NCBI GenBank assembly: GCA_964019335.1
Contig: OZ025735.1
Span: 345,586 to 409,585 of the forward strand
Length of the DNA: 64,000 bases
Direction of reading: 5' to 3'
Source: Diplonema japonicum
Lineage: Eukaryota; Protista; Euglenozoa: Diplonemea
Shown here: one piece after another, positions 1 to 11,200 of the stretch
Layout of the letters: each line of letters begins with the position of its first letter
Position numbering within the stretch: position 1 is the stretch's first letter
Made by a program: the position numbers and the translations under genes
The notes under the pieces: generated by a model
Databases searched by the model: none
Told to the model about the DNA's origin: nothing
Seen by the model: only the letters and a program-made list of their open reading frames with translations

Positions 1-546
1 AGAAAATAGCACTTTGTCTGCATTTCTTTGCCCCCCCCCCCCCCCAAGAAAGAAGAAGAAGAAAAAAGCGATACTAACTTTTTTTTTTTTTTTTTTTTTT
101 TTGGCAGCGCATGATGCAGTAGTTTTATTAGGTGAAATATTACTCGTGCGCGACAGCGATGGGTGTTCTCCCGCCCGAGCATCGGAGATTTAAGAAACGA
201 AGGGAAAAATAATCTTTTTTTTTCCCCCCATTCTCTTTGCCACTATAAAAAGAAAAAAAGAAAAAAAAAAAAGAATATTCCGGTTTCCCCCTCCCCCCCT
301 CTTCCCCCGTTCTGTTTCGTTTATAGCTGCGTGCAGTTTTATTTTCTTCTTTTTCTTCAGATCCTCTCCCTTCTGGTTGGGTGGTCGTGCATTGTACTTT
401 TTTGTTTTCTTTTTTTTTTTTCCCCCCTCTTTTTCCGTGAACGTTTTTTTTTTCTTCTTTCTTTTTCTTTTTTTTATATTTAATCCCCCCCCCCCCGGCA
501 TTTCCCTCCTTTTCCTTTTTTTTTTCCCCCTTTTTAGGCCCTTGCA

Positions 547-1323
547 ATGCCTCCGAAAAAGCGGGGCCGCGTGGATACGGCCGAGGAGGAGAATTTCGTG
601 CTGCCAATTGTAGTGGGAAGCGTGGCGAGGGAACTGAAACCGGGTCAGAAGAAAACCGATCCGAGAAATCTTTTTGAATGGGTAGTTTATCTACGAGGCA
701 TCGGGCACGCGCCTCTCGGTCACGTTGTAAGCAAAGTAAAGATATTTCTCCATCCAGAGATGAAAGAACCCGTGAGGACGATAACAGAGGAACCGTTTGA
801 GACCTACGATCAGGGTTGGGGCACCTTCGAGCTGACGTTTAAGGTGTTTTTTCGAGAAAAGATCTTCGGCGAGGAGCTCAGCGTCAACATCATCAACCAC
901 AACCTCGTCCTTGTCCCTGTTCCTGTTGCCAAACACAATGTCCCGGGAAACGGTGGGAACTCATTAAAATACACCGGCCGCATTGCAACGTCAGGGTCCC
1001 GTCCTGTTGCTGTGGAGAGGGTCGATGAGATAGTTGTTTCGTCGCCCCCCCGATCCCTTCCCTCCCCCCCGCCCCGCCTCGTCATTCCTTTGGGACCCCC
1101 CCATTGGAAAATCTGGCCTGACATCGAGAAACACCGTCCGGAGTGGATGATCCGTGAGTCGCATCAGTTGGAGCGCCTGCAAGAAATCTCAGAGGGCTTG
1201 AACGGGGAAATCGACCGATTAAAGGAAAAACACCATGAACTGATGTGGCAGAAGGCTGCTGCGCTGCAGCGGTTGTCATACATCAAGAGCAACCTCAAAA
1301 ACAGGAAGAAGAAAAAAAGCTGA
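547..1323 (+). CDS. YEATS-domain protein (Yaf9/GAS41-like) with C-terminal coiled coil
   Basis: Motifs IVVGSVA, EWVVYLRG, KVKIFLHP, EEPFETYDQGWGTFEL match the YEATS domain; intronless 258 aa. Confidence 0.88.
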   Translation: MPPKKRGRVDTAEEENFVLPIVVGSVARELKPGQKKTDPRNLFEWVVYLRGIGHAPLGHVVSKVKIFLHPEMKEPVRTITEEPFETYDQGWGTFELTFKVFFREKIFGEELSVNIINHNLVLVPVPVAKHNVPGNGGNSLKYTGRIATSGSRPVAVERVDEIVVSSPPRSLPSPPPRLVIPLGPPHWKIWPDIEKHRPEWMIRESHQLERLQEISEGLNGEIDRLKEKHHELMWQKAAALQRLSYIKSNLKNRKKKKS

Positions 1324-1361
1324 AGACAAAAAAAAAAAGTTTTTTCCTTCTCCCCTCTCCT

Positions 1362-1407
<46 letters not shown>

Positions 1408-1437
1408 TTCAACCACACAAGACACACGGGAGGGGGG

Positions 1438-1939
1438 ATGCGGTTCACATGCAGCATAGACGAAGCTGTCGAAGGGGTTATTTCCCGTGATAAAAACTTC
1501 TCTTTATACGAAATGTGTGGTAGAGGCGAACTCGGGGAGGGGTGGGGGTGGGACGACGTGGAGAGGGAAATATGTAAAAAAGATAAACTGCCCGGGACAG
1601 AGGCAGAATACCTGGAGGCGATCGAAACCGGCCACGTACAAGTAACAGCCGCGTTACACCCTTACCACCAATCTGAAAGGCCAACTCCACGGCTTCAAGA
1701 AATCCTCAGCTGGGCAACCTGCGTATCAGTAACACCAGACCACACAACACTGGTAAACAGCTGCGGCAAGGCAGGTATTCCATTAACCACCCATGAGAAG
1801 TACCTTTCATCGGAGTGCACTGTTCTGTCGTTGGACACAATGCTCCCTGATAAGCTAACAGAACTGGACACGCTGACCGCCGTTTTGAATGGCGAAGAGG
1901 AGCTTTTATTCGCTGTCTCGGGATTGGTGCGAGCGTCTT

Positions 1940-1941
<2 letters not shown>
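1438..1941 (+). CDS. hypothetical protein, 167 aa
   Basis: Coding-like composition between two homopolymer spacers; no recognised motif. Confidence 0.7.
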
Positions 1942-1990
<49 letters not shown>

Positions 1991-2007
1991 CCTTCTTCCC
2001 CCTCTCC

Positions 2008-2043
<36 letters not shown>

Positions 2044-2068
2044 GGGGTGAAAGGAAAAAAAAAAAAAA

Positions 2069-3436
2069 ATGTTGAACGCATTTAAAACGCTTGATGCGTA
2101 CCCAAAGACCCTGGATGACTTCAAGGACAAGTGGGTGCCTGGTGCGTGCATTTCGATGACAAGCATGCTTGTCATCACGGTTATCATAATCGGGGAAATC
2201 AGTATGTACAGCACAGTGACGCAGAAGCACAATCTTTACGTCGATGACGAGGTCACGGGGACCATAGATGTGCACTTGGACATTACCTTCCCAAAGGTGC
2301 CTTGCGTAGTGCTCAACATCGATGCAGTGGACTCCTTCGGCGACACGATGCTCGATGTGAAACGGAAATCATTAAAAAAAATACGTTTAAACCAGGACGG
2401 GTCGGTGCACAAGGAGGAAGACGACAAACATGTCGCTGATGACGAGCACCTTAAAAAGTTGAAAGCCGACGGTTACTGTGGATCGTGCTACGGAGCTGAA
2501 TCCAAACCTGGCGACTGTTGCAACACCTGCGACTCCGTCAAGCTAGCGTACGAGAAAAAAGGATGGTCATTCTCTCTCTTTGACAGTATTGAACAATGCG
2601 CCGGCGAACGACTTGCAAAGCAGCTCGCGGTAACCAGCCACGAGGGTTGCAACCTTAAAGGCAACCTTCGAGTCAACAAGGTTCAAGGCGCGTTGCATTT
2701 ATCTCCCGGAAGATCTTTCTTGAACCACGGATTACGTTTGGGCGAAATTTTCGAAGAGCAATCTTTCGACATCTCACACATTATCAACAAACTGGGTTTC
2801 GGTGAAGAGTTCCCTGGGTTGGTATGGTTTTTTTTTTTTTTGTTACAAATATTTATCTTTCAAAAAAATGATTTTTATAACTATATGCAACTTTGTGCCG
2901 AGCAAAAAAAACTTTCGCAGCTTTTTAAAAAAAACTTTTTTTTTTGCGAACAACAAAGACATATAGTCATAAAGAAATTATTTATTTATTTTTTTTTTTT
3001 TCAAATCCCTATTAGATCAACCCCCTCGACAAACGTGATCACCAAAACCCCACGCAGGGTAACGGTCTGTACCAGTTCCACATCAAGGTCGTCCCAACTA
3101 GGTTTGAGAACCTCAAAGGGCTCATTCTCAATACCAATCAGTACAGCGTTACTGAACATTTCACCACCAAGACTTCAGGCGTTGGTCCCGGTGTTTACTT
3201 TCAGTATGATTTGTCGCCTGTCCGAGTGCACATTGTTGAGTCTCTTCAGCATCGATCCCTCCTCCACTTCTTCACCTCACTTTGCGCTGCAGTTGGGGGT
3301 GTCTTCACTGTGGCTGGGCTTCTTGATTCTCTGGTATTTCTTTTGAAAAAAAGAAAATTTAAAAAAGAAAAAATTTTTTTTTTTATCACAGCTTTATCAC
3401 AGTCACCGTAAGTTGTTAAGAGGAAAGAATGAATAG
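2069..3436 (+). CDS. ERGIC3: ER-Golgi intermediate compartment protein (ERGIC3/Erv46); exons 2069-2821, 3016-3333, 3392-3436
   Basis: LDAYPK, YCGSCYGA...CCNTC, EGCNLKG.L.VNKV.G; splicing restores GEEFPGL|INPLD and GGVFTVAGLLDSL|LYHSHRK; introns 2822-3015 and 3334-3391 are GT-AG. Confidence 0.92.
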
Positions 3437-3594
3437 TTGGGGGAGGGGGGGAGGGGGAGGGGGATCTTTTTTTTTTTGTGTTATTAATGGGGGGGTGTCG
3501 GAGTGGGTTGCTTTTACAACTTTTCTCCCCAGATTTTCTTCCTTGTTCGTGGTGAATTTTCTTTTTTGGAACACGTGTGTGGAACGCAAAAAAA

Positions 3595-3602
<8 letters not shown>

Positions 3603-3630
<28 letters not shown>
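3603..3630. repeat. (AG)n microsatellite
   Basis: About 14 AG units directly visible. Confidence 0.9.
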
Positions 3631-3635
<5 letters not shown>

Positions 3636-3815
3636 AGAAAGAGAAAGACTTCGGATGTCTAAAGCTTGCTCATTGTCGGAGGTTGTGTATCCTCCTACCT
3701 CCCCCTCACTATTCTTTTCTTTCGATTCTGTTTTCCATCGGTCCGGTCCTCAGTGTGTTCCTTTTTTTTCCCCCCCCTTCCCGCTACAATTTCTGGGAAA
3801 GGAAAATAATATAAA

Positions 3816-4459
3816 ATGAGCAAATGGGGCAATTCTGAAAGAGAGCACTGGACAGACATGGTGGTCACTTCGGTATGGACTCCCCCCCCCACTTTTTTTT
3901 CATTCCAAAAATTGTCAAATCACAGATAGCTGCCATGTACACCAAGAACGCTGCAGGGGTGTTTACTACCTCCGCAGGTATCTTGTTGAAGCTCACAGAT
4001 AACATACTGGACAACCCCACGGAAGAGAAGTACAGAGAGGTATTTTTTTTTTTTTTTTCCCCTCCTTTTCGACACCGCGCACAGATACGGCTAAGGAACA
4101 ACACGATCAAGGAGAAACTACTAAAATGTGAACCAGTCCTCCAAGCCCTCGAGGGAATGGGGTGGAACAGGCGAGTTGTTGAAATGGAAGAAAAAATGTT
4201 TTGGGACAGGCCTGCTAAAGACCTCGAGCGTCTCCGTTTGGGCAAAACAGAAGTGGTCAAATACCTGACATTAATTAAGGAACGGTCCGAGGCAGACCCG
4301 AAGGAGAAAGAACGAAAGGAGAGGGAAGAGGTCATGAAAAAGGTAGAACACGATAAGGTTGCACGTGCTGAATCGCGAAAGGGACAGAACACCCCCAGTG
4401 GCAGGGTATCTACGTCGTCGGCCGCCGCAATCACATCTAAGCCCCATTCTACTATGTAA
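3816..4459 (+). CDS. PUB-domain protein (p97/VCP cofactor-like); exons 3816-3872, 3926-4039, 4085-4459
   Basis: Splicing gives LLKLTDNILDNPTEEKYRE|IRLRNNTIKEKL, the PUB signature; introns 3873-3925 and 4040-4084. Confidence 0.8.
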
Positions 4460-4652
4460 GAGAATGGTGTAGGGTTTTTTTTTTTTTTTTTCTGTGCAAA
4501 CACCCTTGCCCCTGATATTTAATCTTACCTTTTATTAGAGGGGTGTTCCTCAAAAAAAAAAAAAAAAAAAGTGGAGGTTTTTTTTTTTGTTGAATTTTTT
4601 ATTACTGAGTTTTCTTCTTTTTTTTCGAAGGGAAAATAAAAAGGGGGGGGGG

Positions 4653-4807
4653 AGTGGTTTTTTATTTTCTTGACACTTTGAAATTTCTTCGCCACGAGGG
4701 GGAGCAAAAAAAAAAAAGAAAAAAAAAAGGAGCAGCCTTTAATGCTGACTTCTTTCTCCCAGCTTTTTTTTTTTTTTTTTCGTGTACTCCTTGTACTTTA
4801 TTGGGGG

Positions 4808-4845
<38 letters not shown>

Positions 4846-4869
4846 ACATATTACTTCGCCGTGAAGTAA
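4653..4869. repeat. decayed copy of the element at 34744-35337
   Basis: 4653-4701 aligns with 34744-34789, and 4850-4869 (ATTACTTCGCCGTGAAGTAA) resembles the 35231-35273 motifs. Confidence 0.55.
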
Positions 4870-5286
4870 AGTTAAATTTCAAAAAAGAAGAAGAAGAAAA
4901 AAAAAAAACAGTGAAACTTTGTTCGTGATATTAATCTTTTTTTATTTGCTGAGGAACAAAGTAAAACAACCTATTACAACCAGCGAGTGATTCGCTTTTG
5001 GATACGTTCGGGGAGCCGAATTGAATCTTCCTTCGCACGGGCCAGCACCGCCGTCACGCAATTTCGAGTTAGCAGTGGATTCATTGAACAAAAAATCGCT
5101 GAACAAAAAACCGCTGTCCTCCGGGGGGGGGGGGGGGGACGAGCGCGGAATTTTACCTAAAAGAAATAGCTCATTACGCTGCCATCAACTAGTTTTACAA
5201 AAAAAAAACACAGGAAGGGGGTCCCGTCTCCCCTCCCCCTTACAAAAAAAAAAGAGTTGAACAAACTCGGAAAAAAAAAGAAAAAA

Positions 5287-8200
5287 ATGATGGACACACT
5301 GACGACGAAAGACACAGACGCGATGCAGATGCTATCCCAGAAGGACATAACCTTTGTTGTGTCACCTCCGGAGATCGTCTTCAAGAACTACGAGCCGTTC
5401 AAACTGTATGAGACGCCCTTGGTGTTTAAGAACCAGACGAGGACGACGAAATCAGTGAAGGTTATGTCGATAGAGAGCAGGTTCTTCAAACTGTCCGAGC
5501 CACGGACCACCGGGAAAACACTGAAGGTTGCCGCAGGACTGTCTGTCGCGTACACAGTGTCGTTCCGGCCTGAAGAAGACACCGACTACGAGTGCGACCT
5601 GATCGTCATCACCGAAAGCGAACGATTTGTCGTTCAAGTCCGCGCTTTCGCATCCCGAGGCAAACTGGACCTCCCCGCAGCCTACACGTTCAAAGACGCT
5701 GCAGTTAAATACAACACCGAAAAGGTACTCTACATACGGAACATCGGTATAAAACCAACCCGATGGTCCATGTCCGTCCCTTCCCCATGGAGCATCTCAC
5801 CAGCAACAGGACACCTCGAACCCGGTTCAGGGCTTCAAACCTCGCTCTGTTACAAACCACCGCAATGCCGAAAATACACCGGGCACATGGTTGTCTCCTA
5901 CTCCAACGGCGACACGAGCACTGTTGAATTATCAGGCGACGCTCGTGATGTGAACATCAAGCTCAGCACGTCTGCTCTGATGCTTGAACCAACCTTCATC
6001 TCTTTAGAACGACAGGGCATCGTCACCCTGCACAACAACAGCGACATCACAGTGTCGTTTCAATGGAAAGCACACGCAACGCTCGAAGAGGAGGAAGACG
6101 AAAAAACCCGGCTTTCCGAACTTCTGCAACGGCGGGAAGCGAACGAAAAGGAGCTCATCGTGCAAAGCATGACCAGGTCAAACAGTATGCCTGCGTCCAT
6201 GACAAACAGCTCGCGGGAGATGCGGTCCCTGACACGGCGGTCGAAAGCCCGGTGGAGGGAGCTGGACAAGGGAAGCCTCCTTTTCGAACACGACTACTTC
6301 ACCATCGAGCCCTTAGCTGGCGAGCTCCCTGCGAGGTCCCGACGCGACATAGTGATCACGTACAACCCTCAGCTGGCCGCCTTATGTGAGGTTGGTGCCT
6401 TTCTTGACGTAGTCGGACGCAACGACAGGCTCCCCCTTTCTCTCAAGGGACAGGGTATCGGTCCAAAATGTCAATTCTCATACGACGCTTTGGACCTAGG
6501 GGATGTGTTCATCAACTCCATCCACCACTACGAGGTCATGCTGCAGAATAAGGGATCCATCGATGCGAAGTTCTCCTTGAACCAGTCCGCAACATTGTTT
6601 TCGTCAAAGTTCAAGTTCAAGCCCGCGCACGGGACAGTGCCCCCCGGAGAGGCCCAGACCATCCAGATTGTGTTCTGCTCAGACATTATCGGTATTCTGA
6701 ACGAGACCTTCCACTTCCACATCCAAGGATCGAGAACCGACCTTGCGATACACTTCAAAGGTAGGGTGATCGGCCCGACCTTCCACTTCGACACTGATGA
6801 AATCGATTTCGGAAATGTCAGCTTCAACTTCATGCACCGCCGTTCGTTTCATTTGGTGAACACGTCCGAGATTCCAATGAGATTCCGGTTAAGAGTCCCA
6901 GAAGACCAAGGCAGGGAGAAGGAATTCGAGTGTATTCCCAACGCTGGGTTGGTCCTGCCTCACGGGAAGCAAAAAGTCACATTAGACTTTCTCTCAAACA
7001 CTGTTCAAGAGTACAATGCCCACCTTGTAGTGGACATCGATGAGGTCGGTGAAAACTTGCACAGCGTCCCTCTGAAAGCAAGCTGCATCGTTCCAAGCGT
7101 TACAGTCGTGCAAGAAACGCTTGACTTCGGTAAAGGCGGGATGTGCTTTGTAGGCCACCCGTATGACATGGAGCTTGAGATCAAGAACGACACACCGCTG
7201 TCTTCTAAGTACGACATCGGGCTTCCACCTGAAGACGACCCTATTCGCAGAAAGGTTGACATCACAGTCGATGTGAAAAAAGGCATTGTCCCTGCTATGT
7301 CTGTTCATTCTGTGAAGCTCACACTGACCGCGAAGCTGGTGGGCTCCGTTCACCTTCCGATTTATATCAGAGTGCTTGGAAGCGATAAGAGAATACCGGT
7401 GTCGTTATCTGCGAAGATTACTGGGCCTGTTGTGACGATCGACCAGACTACTGTTGAGTTCGGTCGGGTGAATGTATTGACGGAGCATCAGAGAAGGGTG
7501 GAGCTTGTCAATGAAAGCCCTATCCCGGCTGTGTTCTCGTGCAGGTTGCTCAATAAGAGTGCGGCGTTCGCTTTGAAGAATTCAGAGACAACTATCCCAC
7601 CGCGTAGTACGTATTCCCTCCCTGTCTATGCTTTCCTTGACGATACGAGCCGCTTTGTTGATGAGCTTGTCATCACCGTTGCAAACTCTAAAGACATACA
7701 GGTCGCGCTTGTCGCTACTGGTACAGGTACCACCCTTGTCCCCTCCATCCCGCTTGAACAGGATGTTGATTTTGGGAACGTCTTCACGACAACCAACAAA
7801 CGGAAAGCGTTCACCATGCACAACAAAGGCAAGCGGCCCCTTCAAATCACGTGGAACAACGACCGTGCCAAGCCCAAGGAAGGCGAGCCGCCGTTCACAT
7901 TTACTATCTCCCCTGAACGCGCGACCATCTTGGGAAAGGGCGAGCAAGAGTTCGTCTTCGAGGGCTTCAACGACAAACCGGGCAGGGCAACGGAACGCTT
8001 CATGTGCAAACTAGCCAAAACCCACAAGCTTGTATTCCGCCCCACAGTCGTGGGCATGTTTGTGGTGCCTCTTCTGGAGCCCAGCGAGAAGGCGTTGAAC
8101 TACTCGTATATCTGGGATGTCGCTAATCAAGAAATCTCTGCGATGTACCAAACGAAGCCACTGACATTGAGGAACGTGTCACCGATGACGCTCGCTTTCT

Positions 8201-11200
8201 CGCTGCGAACAGGGGCGCCGTTTACCATTGACAAGACAGAGTATACCTTGAAGCAAGGTGAGTCGTGCACCGTACACGTAGACCTCTTCGCGGGGTATAG
8301 GAACGACAAGGTATCGCATAAATTGAAGACGAAGCTGACGATTGCGTACAAAGACCACCCGCAGCGCGAGACCATCGATCTTGTGGGCGACATCGTGTTC
8401 CCCAACCTGACGCTCGAATGCAATGGAGCATCACTGAACAACACTGCAGGTGAACCGAGCAAAAGCCTGGAGTTCGGATGCATTCTCCACGAGACCGAGA
8501 AGCGAATGGACGTTGTGGTCACGAACTGCAGCAAGGTCAACGCTCGCTACGAGTGGGTCTTCGAACAGGTGGGCGTCGAGAGGTCGTCGGCACGGGGCGA
8601 CAGAGAGGGCGTTGTTGTTTCACAGCCAGGACCATCCATGATAGGCTGCAGCGCCTTTGACATCCTCCCCATCAGAGGCTTCCTCAAACCCGGAGAATCC
8701 GAGAAGGTGGAGTTCATCTACCACTCACAGACGGCAAAGAAAGCCAAGGCCACCGCTGTCCTCGTTGTAGAAGGCGGCCCAGAGTATCCTGTATCCCTCA
8801 ACGGCGAGTCAAGCACCATGCACTTCCGCTTCGACAAGTCCATGCTTGACTTCGGGAACATCTCCTACGAGCGGTACGAGGAGCGCGAGCTTTATCTTTA
8901 CAACATTGGGAAGGTCATGTTCTCGTACACCATCGACCTGACACAGATGCGGCAGGCAGGGTGTCTCGAAGTAACCCCCTCCTCAGGACCTGTCAAAGGC
9001 GGTGAGAAGGTGAGACTTGTAGTGCGGCTGTACCCCAGGATGCCAGATAAGATCGACGACTTCTTCCAAATACACGTGGCGCACTTCGAGCCGCACAGCA
9101 TCTACGTCAAAGCAATGGGCTTGTACCCCTCTGTGGCCGTGACAGGAAACTCAGTCACCAAGATACAGCCGCCTGCGAAGGAGGAGCTGATTGCAGAGGC
9201 AAAGAAGAGCCTTGCTGCAGACGGAAGGAGGTACTTCCTTAGGGGCGGATCTGGGCTGGGGATGACCATGAGCAAGAAGGGGATGGAAGACATGCACAAG
9301 CAACAGGCAGAACTTGATGAAGAGGTGGAACGAATCTACTTTTCGCGCTTCCTCCAGAAGCAGCTAGCCGCAAAGAAGGAGCCTGCTGTCAAGTGGGTGA
9401 ACCCTGGTGACCCATCTATGGAAGCTTCCAAAGAGAAGGAAGCCGGGCCTTACACCTCAAAGCTGTACGACGGAAAGCCGGTGATTGCATGCTACGCACT
9501 TGACTTTGGCACCGTAGTTAAGGGCGACTTGAAAAGAAAAACCATAAAGCTCACAAACACAAGCAGCGGACCGGTCAGTATCTTCATCGACAAGAAGATT
9601 TTCCAGCAGAGCGGCATCACCGTGGCGCCTGACAAAATCACCAAATTGTCGGGTCACCCGTCGTACGGGGAACAGGTGCTTGAAGTGCACCTTGTCACGA
9701 AGGGCGACAAGGCGAAGGATGTGACCTTCGGGAACTATAACCTAACAGTTCCCATCGAAGTGCGAGGCGGTGGCTACATCACATTGGAGGTTACCGCCTT
9801 TATCATGGTGCCGCAGCTCACAGTGTCGCATGTACCTCAAGACACTGCTCTGGACTTCCGCACGCAGGCAACCCTCCCCGATGGTTCTATTCGCGAGCGA
9901 GGGACAACAGTAGGTGAGACCCGTGTCATCAGCTTACAGCTAAAGAATCCACTGCCTCTGCCCTGTGAGTGGAGCATCAGATCTGAGGTCAAAAAGTCGC
10001 AGCCAAAGAATCAGTTCCTTTGCAAGCCGGAGCGTGGTGTACTTGCACCCAAACAGAGGTGCAACCTGGAGGTGATGTTCGTGCCCTTCGAGGAAGGCCT
10101 CACCAATGGCGTCCTTAATATTAAGATAGCGCAGAACCCTCGCTCCATACAGATCCCGTGCATCGGCATCGGCGAGGAGATAAAGGTACAGGTTGACCCT
10201 CCTGTGCTTCACATGCCCTCCGTGATGCCTTTTGTGGCCACCGAGTCGGTGTTCGTTCTTCGCAACCAGTCGAAGCGTCCTGTTGAGGTGTACGCATTGG
10301 CCTTTGACGATGTGTATCTCATTGAAGAAGAGATTCTGCGTGCTGTGAAGATATACGACAGCGACGGCGTGGGTCTGATGCAGCCAAGGGAGGTGGGCGG
10401 CGCGCTTGACGATAGTCTCCTAGAAAAGTACTTCCTTACTCTTGAGAGCAAGGACCAAGAGCTGAGCAAGGCCATCGAGGCGATCGACGCGAATGACGTG
10501 CAATCGGTAACTGAAGCAGCACCTGCACCCGCACAGCCTCTGGCGTCGTCAGCCACAGCTGGTGCGACTCCCGATGCTCTGCTGGGACCTGTTATTGTTG
10601 TGTTTGGTGCACCTTTGAGTGGAAAGACAACAACAACCAGCAAGCTTGCTGAGGAGTACCATTGCGACATTGTTTCTTTAGATGAGACATTCAATGCTGT
10701 AACGAAGGACGACACTCCGAACAGTGCGTACATTAAGAACATCCTCGACCCCTGGCCAAATGAAGACCCTGTTCCGGTGAAAGAGAGCATCCTGTCTGAG
10801 GTACTGGCGTCGCGTTTCAGCAACTGTTCGAACGGTGCTGTGATCGACGGGCTAGGTTGCAAGCTCACCAACGAGACCGAGCTCACAGCTAGAGCTGTCA
10901 TCGCTGCGGCTGAGAAGCGCGCCATATACTTCGTCTTCCTTGACATCGACGAACAGTGCATCGACCTCAGGCTGGCCTGCATCGCGGAGACAGAAGCACT
11001 CACCAAGCAGTCGGAGTCCAGAATGCCTGAGATCTCTGAAGACGATTATGACGCAATGGACTCGGGGTCGCGCCGTGAGTACGAACGCAACCTGAAGAAG
11101 AGCCGAAAATACAAAAAAGAAGCCCAGTTGGCAACCAAACGCCGCATTGAGCTGAGCAAGGAACGCGACGCCGTGGAAAGCAAGCCGTCTATCATAGAAG

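Noticed and set aside
140-613. Poly-Lys/Phe/Gly/Pro ORFs here and in other spacers
   Set aside because: Translations of homopolymer runs that lack stops; no coding signal
4792-4803. TGTACTTTATTG, like the 3' end of the euglenozoan spliced leader as I recall it
   Set aside because: Only 12 nt in AT-rich DNA, no upstream SL match and not followed by GTATG
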